64,000 nucleotides of DNA from Mobula hypostoma (lineage: Eukaryota). Under the pieces are notes generated by a model. The model was not told the DNA's origin, did not search any database, and worked only from the letters and a program-made list of their open reading frames with translations. The stretch spans positions 74,092,001-74,156,000 of the forward strand of contig NC_086097.1 of NCBI RefSeq assembly GCF_963921235.1. Direction: 5' to 3'. A program made the position numbers and the translations under genes. Below, one piece after another: positions 10,410 to 22,604 of the stretch (position 1 is the first letter of the stretch; every line of letters starts with the position of its first letter).

Positions 10410-13400
10410 CTACAAAAACAAGAAAAATAACAGCATATTTTGGTGAAATAAAAAAAATCCTGTCATGCAGCCTGAAATGACAACAGTGGAAAAGATAATT
10501 CAACATCAATTTAAAACTGCCCAGTGATTTCAAGTTGATCTATTTGTGGTTTGACTATGTCTTCAGGGCCACAGAACAGGGTATATATAAAACCTTCCTA
10601 TTCAGAACATATTGTTTCTATCTTTAAGGGCTGCTTCTCAAAAATGTTAGATGCAGTTTAAATGATTGTCCAGGCAACAAACTGTTCAGTCAGGACTGCC
10701 TGAGGACACCTGAATTTTATAATCATTTGCTTATCTGCACTCCTTAGCAAAATAATTTCAACAATGTTTCACAAGATTTTCTTAAGGATAAAACAAACTG
10801 TCAAAACTTGGGCCAATCTCTGCCGGTCCTGACATACCTTATTAATTGTGTTGAAACATATAAAAGAGAACTATAATGTTTAAATATAAGTTAAATGAAT
10901 AATATTTTGTGTAATGCTATTGAGATTCAAATGTACATTTAAAAGGGAATTCCCATCATCCCTTTGCAAAAATATAAAAATGTAGATCAACATACAAACA
11001 AATAATGACCTCAGTTTGGTCTTCTCATCTGAGCTGTTCAGCTAGACATGACAGCAATGAAACCTTTTATACCCTCAGGAAGATCAATCCAAATCAAAAC
11101 AACTCTCAGTGTAGAATGACTGCATTGTTTTAAATTAGGATAGGGCATGCCATACCTGTGAGACAATTTACCATCCACCTTGTTCATGCAATCTCTAAGG
11201 GTTCTGTTTATACCTTGTGAAAAATATTTGTCAGACCAGGGGAAATAAAGAGAAGAAATACACAAATATTTCACTCAATGTCAATGAATGCATCTCAGAT
11301 TCCACATCTATCAGCTGCCTCACCATTTTCAGACACTGCTCAATGCACCATCACTCACTAGATAACAAGCAATCAGTCAAAACTGATATTTAACATTCAT
11401 TCGTACATACACAGCCTCACAAACTTAGTACTACTGCAAGTTCAAATTCAAGTTCAGTTTATTGTCATTCAACCATACACAGGAATCCAAGCAAATGTAA
11501 CAGCATTCCTCTGGGGCTAAGTTGCAATACACAGTACCAACCATCACACACAGCATATATAATTATGATAGCAGAAACAAGTCCAGTTCCATCACTAACC
11601 AACAACTCGCTAGTGGGGTAGACATGCTGTATTTGATTTTCTTAATACTCAGCAGTGTCTTACAATGGTAAAAGCAACTAAGGAGGAATATTTGCACCTT
11701 TGATTGGACCCACAGAGGCCTCTACATCTGGTGTGCTGCCATCTTACCAACGATATAAGAACGTTCAAGAAACAGGATTGAGTCAAACATCTCTCACATT
11801 TACCCCACTATTCAAAACAGCCACCAATCCTGTGCCTTGAATAATTTTCTTCCTCCATTGATACTTGTTGAACTGATGCTTCATTATATCCAAAAAAATT
11901 AACAACCTCAACACTCTGTACAAAGAAATTTCTGCTTCCTTAATCCTAAATAAGCATACCTCTTTGCCTGAGTCTTTATCCCCAAGTTCTCAACTGCTAG
12001 TGACAGGAACATCTGTCACCCACCTCATCAAAACCTTTCAGAGTCAAAGTGAAATCACTCTCATTTTTCTAAATTCCAGCAAACTTTAGTCAACCTTGCT
12101 CATTCTGTCCTCCTCCTACAATCCTTCATCCTAAGAATAAATCTGGACAATTTACACTGGAAGACAGCATTTTCCTCTTTAGTTATAGAGGCAAATAAAA
12201 GACGTTTAGTACATATCAGCAAGATAAAAGAGGAAAATGAAATCTTTTTTTTAAAACTTGCAACAGTCAATTTTCAGTGCCAAGGAGATTGCTCAGCAGC
12301 CACTAAGATCAACAACACTGTAAACCATTACTTACATTGAAATAGCCAGACATTCCCTGGTGGATTCACTAAGTACAGCATCTAAACAGTGATCCATGCC
12401 ATTCAGTGTAAGGTCTCTCAGTGAAGTTCTTTATAAACCAGCTTTTCATGTACAGGGCAACTTTTAACAGGGCTAGACAACAATTTCTTCATTTCCACCA
12501 GAGTGGTTGCTAGAAATTGCTGTCAAATCTCCTCATAAATATCATGGAGTGCTATTGGTTTCACTTATTTCTCTAGCAAAAGCCAACATAATCCATTGTT
12601 CCTGCAACTTAAACTAAGACTTTCATTTTCTTCATTCTGATGAACAATCCATCTGTGTTCTGAATCAATGTACATGTCAATATTTGTCTAAGATTCAATC
12701 CAATTCATCCAAAAAAATAGCAGATGGAGAGGCACAAAACTGCAGATGCTGGAATCTGGAGTACAAATAAAACAAGAAGCTGTAAGAACTCAGCTGGTCA
12801 GGCAGCACTTGTGGAGGAAAATAAGGCATTTCCATTTGATGTCCATTTTCCTCAACAGATGCCGACTGACCCACTGAGCTCTTCCAGCATCACACGTTTT
12901 ACTCCAAAGGAAAACAGGTGCTTGAAATCTGAAATGAAAATAGAAAAGTCCAGAATTCTTCAACATATTTGATCAGAGGGAAACAGAATGAACACTTCAG
13001 GTTGATCGTCATTCATGAGAACCACAAAAGTATTTTCTGTAATTTAAATATAATCCTGGATTCAATCAGATTACTTTATTCACCAGTTTCATTATCACCA
13101 GGCAGACAATGTTTCTGAGCACAACACACCTAATTCCTTGCTTGCCATTAATTCAAAGGGAAATAAAGATCAATAACAATCGGTTAATTGTCAATTTTTT
13201 CCAAGATAAGCATCATAAGTTTCTATGTGCAAGAACAGATCAGCTGGACAATGTGTGATGTTTCTACTCCACATCCTCAGTGGCAAGAGAAAGAAGCACT
13301 GAAAACAGTTTTTATAGTACTTCCAGTAAAGAGAGAACTTGACTGAAGGAAGCCCTTTGCCAAGTAAGCAGAGATAATTTCAAACAGTGTGACAGTATTG

Positions 13401-13739
13401 ATGATGATAGAAATGGGAAATGAGAATAAATCTTTATTGAAGTTGAACAATTTACATTTTCAAACCGAACTGCAGTTTAACAAATCACTGGACAGGTTTG
13501 GCTCAGATCTGACACTGGCCTCATGATTCCAATAACTAATTTCAGTTATCGGGATCATGCTTATAGCTGTACAATTATAGTGAGGCACTGATAATGCAAA
13601 TTTCATTCACATCCTGTTCATATGTTCAAGATGATCGTACGTGTGGTCAGAATGTGCCTTTCTGCAATTTTTAAAAGCTGCAGCTCAAGCAAAGCTGCTC
13701 AGCATTTAAAAGATTTGGCATTGAGAGCAATATTGAATT

Positions 13740-15530
13740 AGACCATAAGAAACAGGAGCAGAGTTAGGCCTTCAGCCCATCGGCCTACTCCACTATTTCA
13801 TCATGGTGGATGTATTATCTTTCTCAACCCTTTTCTCCTGTGTTTTCCCCATAACCTTTGACACCCTTACAATCAAGAACCTTTCAACCTCTGCTTTAAA
13901 TATACCCAATGACCTGGCCTCCACAGCCATCTGTGTCAATGAATCCCATACGTTTCACTACCCTTTGGCTAAAGAAATTCCCCTTCATCTCTGTTCTCCA
14001 TGGATGTCCCTTTATTCTGAGGCTGTGACATCTGATCCTAGATTTTCCCACAATGGGAAACATCCTCTCCACAACCACTCTATTTAGGATTATCAATATT
14101 CCATAGGTTTCAATGAGGTCACTCCTCATTCTTCTAAACTCCAGCAAGTACAGGCCCAGAGCCATCAAATGCTTTTCATACATCAAGCCTTTCATTCCTG
14201 GAATCATTCTTGTGAACCTTCTCTGGACCCTCTCTAGCGCCAATATAACTTTACTTAGATATGTTACCCAAAACTGTTCACAATACTCCAGGTGTGGTCT
14301 GATCAATTCTTATAAAGCCTCAGCATTACATCTGTACTTTTATTAGATTAGATTATGAGAACACTCAGTCCTCTTTGTCATTTAGAAATGCATACATGCA
14401 TTAAGAAATGATACAAAATGTTTCTCCGGAGTGATATCACAGAAAACAGGATGAACCAAAGACTAACACTGACAGAACTACATAATTACAACATATAGTT
14501 ACAGCAGTGCAAAGCAATACCATAATTTGATGAAGAACAAACCATGGGCACGGTAAATAAACTCTCAAAAGTCCCCGAGTCCCTGATAGCGGCGGCAAAA
14601 GGGAGAAACTCCCTGCCATAAACCTCCAGGCACCATCAACTTGCCGATACCCTGGAAGCAGCCAACCACAGCCGACACTGAGTCCATCTGTCTGAAAACT
14701 TCGAGCTTCTGACCAGCCTCTCCGATACAGCCTCCCGAGCACCATCCTCTGCCGAGCGCCTTCGATCTCGCCCTGGCTGCTGAAACACGCAAAGCCGAGG
14801 ATTTTGGGGCCTTCTGGTCTGGAGATTCCGGTTACCACACAGTAGCAGCGGCAGCGAAGTGGGCATTTCAGAAGTTTTCCAGATGTTCCTCCGTACTCTC
14901 ACATCTGTCTCCATCAAATCAGGATTGTGCACGGTCCCCTACATGACAGATAACAGACATCACCACTGAAGTGGCCGCGCGCGCTGCCGTCGCGCCGCCA
15001 TCTTCTCTTCCTTTATATTCTAGTTCTCTCAAAATAAATGACAACATTGCATTTGCCTTCTTTACCACTGATTCAACCAGCAAGTTAACCTTTAGGGAAT
15101 ACTGCACAAGGACACACAAGTCCCTTTGTACCTCCGATTTTTGTATTTTCTCCCAGTTTAGAAAATAGTCTACACCTTCATCCTTCTACTATAGTGTATA
15201 ATCATACACCTCCCTATACTATATTCCATCTGCTAACTCTTTGTCCATTCTGCCAGTCCATCAAAGTCCTTCCTCAGACTCCCTGCTTCCTCGACACTAT
15301 CTACTCCTCCACCTATTTTCATTTTACCCGCAAGCTTGGTCACAAAGTCATCGATTCTGTCCTCCAAATCAGTATGAAGAAGCGGTCCAAACAACAACCC
15401 CTACGGAAGAGCACTAGTCACCGACAGCCAACCAGAAAAGGCCCCTCTAATTCTCACTTTTTACCTCCTGCCAGTTAGCCAACCTTCTATCCACGTTAAT
15501 ACCTTTCCTGGAATACCATGGGCTCTTCGT
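13740..15530 (-). mobile_element. CR1 LINE 3' portion with a nested SINE-like insertion
   Basis: ORF 13896..14306 reads IRPHLEYCEQFW..LERVQRRFTRMIPG..FFSQRVV. The (TCTTATGG)-type tail is at about 13740 and the element continues after 15005. Confidence 0.85.
14345..15005 (-). mobile_element. Non-autonomous SINE-like element (about 660 bp; GC/CpG-rich 5' end, (TAATC)n tail)
   Basis: It interrupts the CR1, starts aagatggcggcgcgacggcagcgcgc on the minus strand, and has a homologue in pieces at 4099-6300. Confidence 0.7.
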
Positions 15531-17505
15531 TTGTGTTGTGTACTGCTCAGCTAGATCTTTTAATATACAGCAACAAACTACAAAAAATTCAGAGTGGATC
15601 AAATTATAAGCATGTTCATTATTTGCGAGGGAAGATCTACCTCCATATGTTAAATTGTTGGAAAGTAGCTTTAATCTTACAGCTCAGAACGAACTATTTT
15701 ATACTTTTACAGAGACCAGTAATTCATCAGTTTTTACAACCCATGGCATTCCTTCCTTATCTGGATCCACAGCATCTGTTCTTTAATCAGTCCATTTGTG
15801 TTTTGAGGCTTTTTCCCACTATGGCAACTGTATCCTGTTTTTCTCTGTTATCAAAATATTCCTGATCATTAACACACCCCTTGTTATAAAACACACACAG
15901 ACTTTTTGTAAGTCTCCATCCAAACCAGCAAAGCGCTCTGGGATCAAACAGGTTCCATGTTGTCACATTACATTTTACAAAAATTATAAATTCATAAAGG
16001 CTTCAGGTTACAGGTGTATTTCCACACTTATTAAGCAAAGTTATGTTTGGCACCTTGTCAAAGATTTTCTGAAAATCCAAGTAAACAACATCCACTGACT
16101 CCCCTTTGTCTATCCTGCTTGTTATTTCCTCAATGAACTCCAATAGATTTCTCAAGCAAGATTTCCCCTCAAGGAAGCCATGCTGACTTTGGCCTATTTT
16201 ATCATGTGCCTCAAATTATGTTGTCTTGATAAATGCATTTCTGTATAAATAAATTTACATCTAACACTTACTTTGAATTTTAAGCCTGCTTTCAAAAACC
16301 TTAATTGTCCAAAATTAGATTGGTGGTGGGGAGCTTGTAAAATAAGAATGGGCGAGGTCCCACAGACCTTGCTCACCACTCCACCCCTAATTTGTATTCA
16401 CCATTGCTGGTTGCCTCCTTTACTCCTGATGCAGGAGGTAGCCACAATGGCCCAAAACATTCTAGAATTCAATAATGTAGTCTTAGGAGCAGCAAGGACT
16501 CTGGATGCAAAGAATCTGATGGAGAGATGCATTAATTGTCCTGAAGTACCAAATCAATCACTGAATATGGGCCTTGCACATTTACCAGCATACGGTATTA
16601 GCACAGGTTCCATACCTACAGTTATTTGAATGGTTAAATGCTTGTGGAACAGCAGACATTAGCTGCTAAGACCTGGGCTTAGCTATTAGTGACAATAATT
16701 CATGAAGTTGATCTATTGATTATTTTTCTGAAAACACAATAAATCCAATTGAATGCAAATCAATGAAATTACTACTTTTCCTCAAATAAAGTCTGTGGTA
16801 TTCAGATCCTGAGGACAATACATAATTGACTCTTAAATGCCTCCAGGTTTAGAGCAATTGGAGATGGCCAAAACTGTAGCAATAATTGTCAGCAATATGC
16901 ACAACTCATTAGTTAATAAATGGAAAAAAAAACTGGCAATAGTAACCTATTCCAGCACTGAAGCACATAAGCAAAACTTATATTTTAATGAAATAGTAAT
17001 GAGCACCTCTTTCAATTGTGGTCAGCAGCAGAGAAATACTGATTAAGTAGCAAAACAGAAAACTGAGACTGAAATTCAATGCAACCATTTAGAGTAACAA
17101 ATAATGGAAAAAAGAGGTGACACAAAGACTGAGACTCCAAAATTTAAGGGACACATCAAATTCTAAAGGGAAGTTAACCAAAGAAGACGGTGATACAATA
17201 GTAAAAAAAAGTTTGCAGAACACATTTTAAAAATTCAAATGAAGTATGAAATGATGTATTCTAATCACAGGAATAAGTAACAAACAATATAACATACTTC
17301 AAACAGTGGATGAAACTATTGAGAATAACCAAGAAACTGAAATCTCAAAAATAACTTCTAATAAATGAAGAAAATTATTTTAAAAGCTACGGACATTTGA
17401 AATAGTTATCTGAATTATACTTACATCTAAAATTATAATTCTTAATAGCTTAGCATGCAGTTAAAAACTGGTTTCACCTCATTAAACAAACTCATGTTTT
17501 CAGTA

Positions 17506-17724
17506 ACGCAAACAACAGGAATTCTGCAGACGCTGGAAATTCAAGCAATACACATCAAAGTTGCTGGTGAACACAACAGGCCAGGCAGCATCTCTAGGAA
17601 GAGGTACAGTCGACGTTTCAGGCCGAGGTCCTGACGAAGGGTCTCAGCCTGAAACGTCGACTGTACCTCTTCCGAGAGATGCTGCCTGGCCTGCTGCGTT
17701 CACCAGCAACTTTGATGTGTCTTG
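17506..17724 (+). mobile_element. Palindromic Penelope-pLTR-derived mini-element with a minimal hammerhead ribozyme motif
   Basis: 15-bp TSD CTCATGTTTTCAGTA (17491-17505 and 17725-17739). Inverted arms at about 17550-17627 and 17643-17720. CTGACGA at 17631-17637 and GAAACGTC at 17651-17658. Confidence 0.85.
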
Positions 17725-18499
17725 CTCATGTTTTCAGTATTAACATTCAGCAGAGTTGGGAGAAAGTTTAGGATTAGCTCTCCTGAAGCTCTTGTTAATT
17801 CACTGATTTTATCTGATTACACCAGAGGAAGTTGCAACAATGCACTCTGCAGAAAAGCACTGAACCACCAACAGTGATACCTGGATTTCTAGTATTTAAC
17901 TGTCCAGGAATGTACTTCAGCTATTGCTGAAATAGTTCCTCCATTTTAGAGGTGAATCTACTAGCCCCCGTTGTTAATTCTCACTGTGAAATCTGGCCCA
18001 GTAAGGTTCTGATAGGGTTAGAGCAAACAGAGGAACATAAATCACCAAAATACCAAAACATTGGGATTTATTTCTAAACAGATGGAAATTAAAAGCAGAC
18101 GAACTATGATAAACTAGGTCAAGCCACTTTTGGAAAGCAATTCTTGTCTCCATATTTGAAAAAGAACATGGAGACACCAGTACAGAGCTTTAAAAATGCA
18201 CAGTGGAGAGCATCTTAACTGATCATGGCCTGGTATGGAAACAGCAATGCCCAGGAACGGAAAAGGCTGCAGAAAGTAGTGGATAGATGAATCCCAGTCC
18301 ATCACAGGCAAAGCTCTCCCAACTATTGAAAGAGTTGCTGCGTATGTCCACAGGAAAGAAAATTGCAGGGTTGTATGTGGTGACATGTATGTACTGATAA
18401 TAAATTTGACTTTGAACTTTACTCTTTAGTATGTTTTGCATTGCTGCATTCACCAGTAGTACATGTTCATCACAAATAATGCGCCAAGTCTCCAAATAT

Positions 18500-18860
18500 T
18501 AGAAGGGGGAGTTGTGGAGGAGGGACGGAGGGGGAGTGGAGGAGGGATGGAGGGGGAGTGGAGGAGGTGGGAGGTGGAGGGAGAAGGCAAGAAATGAATA
18601 AACAAATAGAGGTTGACAGTGAAGCACACAGATAGAGCAACAGAGATGGTGGGTGGGTTGCAAAATGTTCTGTGCAGAGGGAAAGCGCAAGTCACAGACA
18701 GTGAAGCACAGAGAAAGAATAAGAGGAAAAAAGGGAGAGAAATCAATCTAAAAGGGTGATAAAGACAGAGGATGAGAGAGTATAAGACAAATTCAAAGGT
18801 GTGGGAATGAGAAACAGAAAGAGAAATGAAGAAAGACGGAGAGAGATTTGTATGAGATTC
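18500..18860. repeat. Purine-rich (GGA/GA) low-complexity tract
   Basis: Runs of ggaggg/gagag are directly visible. Confidence 0.7.
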
Positions 18861-20101
18861 AGATGTGAGATATTGAAATTATCCTATATTCAAAACAGCA
18901 TTAGAAAAAATAATTATGATTGATTGCTGCTAACATAGAATGGTGTTTTCCACAGTTCTTGTGTGTCAACATCATATTAAGCACAACATGGAAATTTTGT
19001 GATTTGGTTCAAAAATGGTAACATAACTGCATTTTTAAGTGCTGCTAATGTAAATTAAATCATAAGATTTTTATTCAATCATGTTAAGAAGTGCTATTTG
19101 CTTAAGCTATGGTTCAGTTGTCTGTGTAATCTGTCCCACTTTATTACATGGGACCTTGTTAAACTCTTGATAATCATTTAATTCAGTTATAACATAAAAG
19201 ATTGTGCAGTCATTAATATTGTTGCATTAAGTTCCTTAGATTTTAAATGAAGAGTCATTAGTCTCTCATTATGATAGACTTGGTGAGCTTTGTCAGTTAA
19301 TCAACATGAAGAATGCTGTCAAGGCAAGAAAAAGTTTTATGTCCCAAAATTATTGCTTTCATTTTTGGTGCTAATTAGGTAGTAATTGAAATAATATTTC
19401 TGCCAAATTTAAGCCACATTTGAAATGATTAAGGGATAAAAATACAGATAATATTACAGAGTGGAATTATGTGTTTTCATTTTGCTGCTTTTATGACTAG
19501 AAAAGCTTTACAGCAAGTGGAATGATTCACTAAACAAAATTTAAACAAAACAATATTTTTACAATGAGGGTTATATTTCTGTTTGGTTTAACATAACAGT
19601 TAAAATTAATATCAACTGATCTGTTCTGGTGTCTGCGCTTCACACAGATTACATCTTTTCTTCCTACCATGCACATCTAAGCATAACTAAAAGTTGCTTC
19701 AATTACTTTTGATAGAACATTCTACATTATTAGGGCGATAAAATTTCTTTTGAGTTTTCTCTTGGATTTATTAGAGCAGTGTTATATTTATGAGATTCAC
19801 ATTTCAACTCTCCCACAGTGGATGTAATCTTTTTAAAATCCACTCTCAGGTCCTTCTGTTATTGTAAAGAATTGTTTCAGTTCTTACTGCAATCTTTTCA
19901 CTCTTGAGCAAAGGTCTCCGACATTCTTTTCGTGTATTATCTCAATTTTGGTTTCGTCATCGTTCCACCTTCTTTATGTGCAAGTTCAAAGAAAATGTAT
20001 TATCTAAGTACATTTTTATTACCATATATCACCTTGAGATTAATTTCCTTGGAGCCAATTACAGGAAAAAAAATAGAATAGAATTTTATGAAAATTATAC
20101 A

Positions 20102-20920
20102 TGTAATGCCCTGCCGTAGGTATTTTGTTTTAGCAGTTCTGTAAGAGCAGTCTGTTCTGCTTTTAGTATGTTTGGATTTGAGCTAAGATGAGGGGCTATT
20201 TTATTCGACTTAAGAGTGTTGGGTCAGCCGATCAGGATGAAGGAATTGGGAGACGGTTCTAAAGAATGTTGGGCGCAGAGGTTTTTTTGTGAGGGACACT
20301 GGTGTGGGTCGAGGTTTTATTGGCAGGTGCTGGGAGAAGACAGGAAGGAAGATAGCTGAGAATGCCGTCCCTCTTGCACAAGGTGCTTTGTGCAGATGAA
20401 TAGCTTCAAGGAGGAAGGACCAATACTTCCGTGGGGGAGCCCGTTTGTTCGAGGTGGATTTCGAGTGACATTCAGAAGGTGATTCATACTTTCACACAGA
20501 CTGTGAGTCCAGCACATGAGTTAAAGACAACTTCAAGGTGAGCTCCAACTTACATGCACACCTGGACAAGGTTAACTGTAATGGACCCTTTTTATTTTTT
20601 TCCTTCTCTTTTTCCTACTAACTGTTTCGATAAAGCTGACATTTGTAAATACACTTTCTTTACAATTGTATGCAGTGTATAATCTGTTATTTCTTGGCGA
20701 TGGCTAATTACATGAGTGCAGTATTTACACAGTATTCGCACAGATCGGAGTTTGGGTGGTTGAGACATCCCATCTTCCCAGTTTTGGTGAGACTCAAGTC
20801 ATACCAACCCTAGATGTACGGGGTTTGAGAAAGGTGGTTTTCTCACCACTGAGTCCAGTGGCTGTTAGCAAGGGGCTAACAAGCCCCATCTCGAGAGATG
20901 CCCAGTAAAAAAGGATTTCA
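20102..20920 (+). mobile_element. Solo LTR (819 bp)
   Basis: Begins TGTAAT, ends TTTCA, and is flanked by a 4-bp TSD TACA. It interrupts an older Rex-tail-like repeat (about 19980-21075). The strand is tentative. Confidence 0.75.
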
Positions 20921-21092
20921 TACATAAATAGTCAAAGACTGATAAACAGCCAATATGCAAAAAAAAAACTCTGCAAATACAAAATAAGATTGAAAACATG
21001 ATTTATAAAGAGCCCATGAGAGTAGAGTCTGCAAGCTGTTGAATCTGTTCATAGTTGTGTGGTAGTAAATGAAGTTTTCCACACCCCAAGTC

Positions 21093-21984
21093 CAGACATC
21101 CCACCACTCCTGGGAGTTCCGGGAGTCTCCCGCATATTGATTTCGGCTCCCTGATGCCCGCAAATTATATACAATATCCTGGAAATCGATTTTTTAGAGA
21201 GGGAGAGGGGAAAAAAAGAAAGACAATGAATCAGTCCTGCTTGATCTCTCTTTGTGCTAAGTAGACCTATCAGTTTTCTCTGTGGGAGGGCTTTACAGTC
21301 GACCTCTCTCTCTCTCTTCCATATTCCATCAGTTCAGTTACTGCCGTCCGGAATAATGCTGAAGTCATCCAGACAACTGTCGGTGATGAAGTACAAAAAC
21401 CTGGCGAAGAAATTCCCAAGGCTGGCGGTGACAACTTGACTACGCAAGGCTGTCCTATACAGGCGTGTTGGCGTCTTAAAGGGGATTAGAGTGGGATTTA
21501 AATTGGAGCAAAATTCCAAAATCGTCCACTAAGAGATCTTTAAAAACGCGCTCGCAGCAAGCAAATTCTTTGGGGTTTTTTTCCTGAAACACTTTCACTT
21601 ACAGGTACATTGCAGCCCGTGATGGGCTGGGTTTAAGTGCAGCCGTTTTCAGAAGAAAAACCAATTTTAATAAATACCCGGCCCCCACCGAGGTCTTGTC
21701 ATTAGGACAGCGAACTGTTTACCTGTGCTGCGCACTTTATATGCATTTTGAATTACACTTTATTAAATAATATGGTAATATATTGTTTTATGTGGTGTGT
21801 GTGATATATGTATTGTGGCTACACCGTGGTCCAGACAGAGGTTATTTTGTTTATGGACAATCAGCCAGATGACAATAAACTTGAACTTGAAGATACGGAA
21901 CTTCTAAATCACTCATTTAAAATCCCCCATTTTGATGAAAAAAAGTAAGTTCTTACCCAACTATTGCAAGGGAGGGGGGTGGGG

Positions 21985-22019
<35 letters not shown>

Positions 22020-22498
22020 GGGGGGGAGGAGAGAGGGAGGGAGAGGGAGAGGGGGAGGGGGAGAGAGAGAATATTTCTTTTAGGGACCACAACATATTAG
22101 GGAGGCTAAGCGCAGGGAAGGCTGCTCAAGTATTTCACAGTTCTTTTCAACAGAAAACCAAAGTCTGACAGAGAAGGTCACTAGAGCTGAGGTGTACTTT
22201 ACATCTTTCATCGTTGAGCATAACCTGCCATTCCAGGTGTGTAAGCACACAGGCAAGCTATTCAGGAAAATGTTTCCTGATTCAGAAATAGCAAAAAACT
22301 ATGCCTGCTCATCAACCAAGACAGCAGCTATTGTGAACATGGCACATTAAGACAGAATTCAGATGTCAGCTGTCTCACAAAACACTTGTGAATCTGATGT
22401 CTTGCAAAATTAACAAATTCATTGACACAGACTGCTGTGAAGTTGAGACTTCCGGTTGAGACTTACTTGAAATGAGGTTTTGCAGGGTGGGATGTCTG
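21093..22498 (+). mobile_element. Internally deleted hAT-superfamily DNA transposon
   Basis: Perfect 13-bp TIRs CAGACATCCCACC (21093-21105 and 22486-22498) with a 6-bp duplication CAAGTC. A transposase remnant at about 22165-22350 reads VTRAEVYFTSFIVEHNLPF..LFRKMFPDSEIAKNYACSSTKTAAIV. Confidence 0.8.
21975..22070. repeat. Compound (GT)n/(GA)n/G-rich microsatellite
   Basis: Directly visible. Confidence 0.9.
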
Positions 22499-22604
22499 CA
22501 AGTCCCACCCCCCCGCCCCCCCGCCCCCCGCCAAACATTTGGATACTCAACTCATTTGTGAGGAACAAGCACTACTGATGAATGCAGCACTACAAAACAT
22601 ACTT

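Noticed and set aside
12336..12601. Possible minus-strand exon ending in a gtaagt donor
   Set aside because: The acceptor is weak, there are stops in all three frames, and it has no DPH6 similarity.
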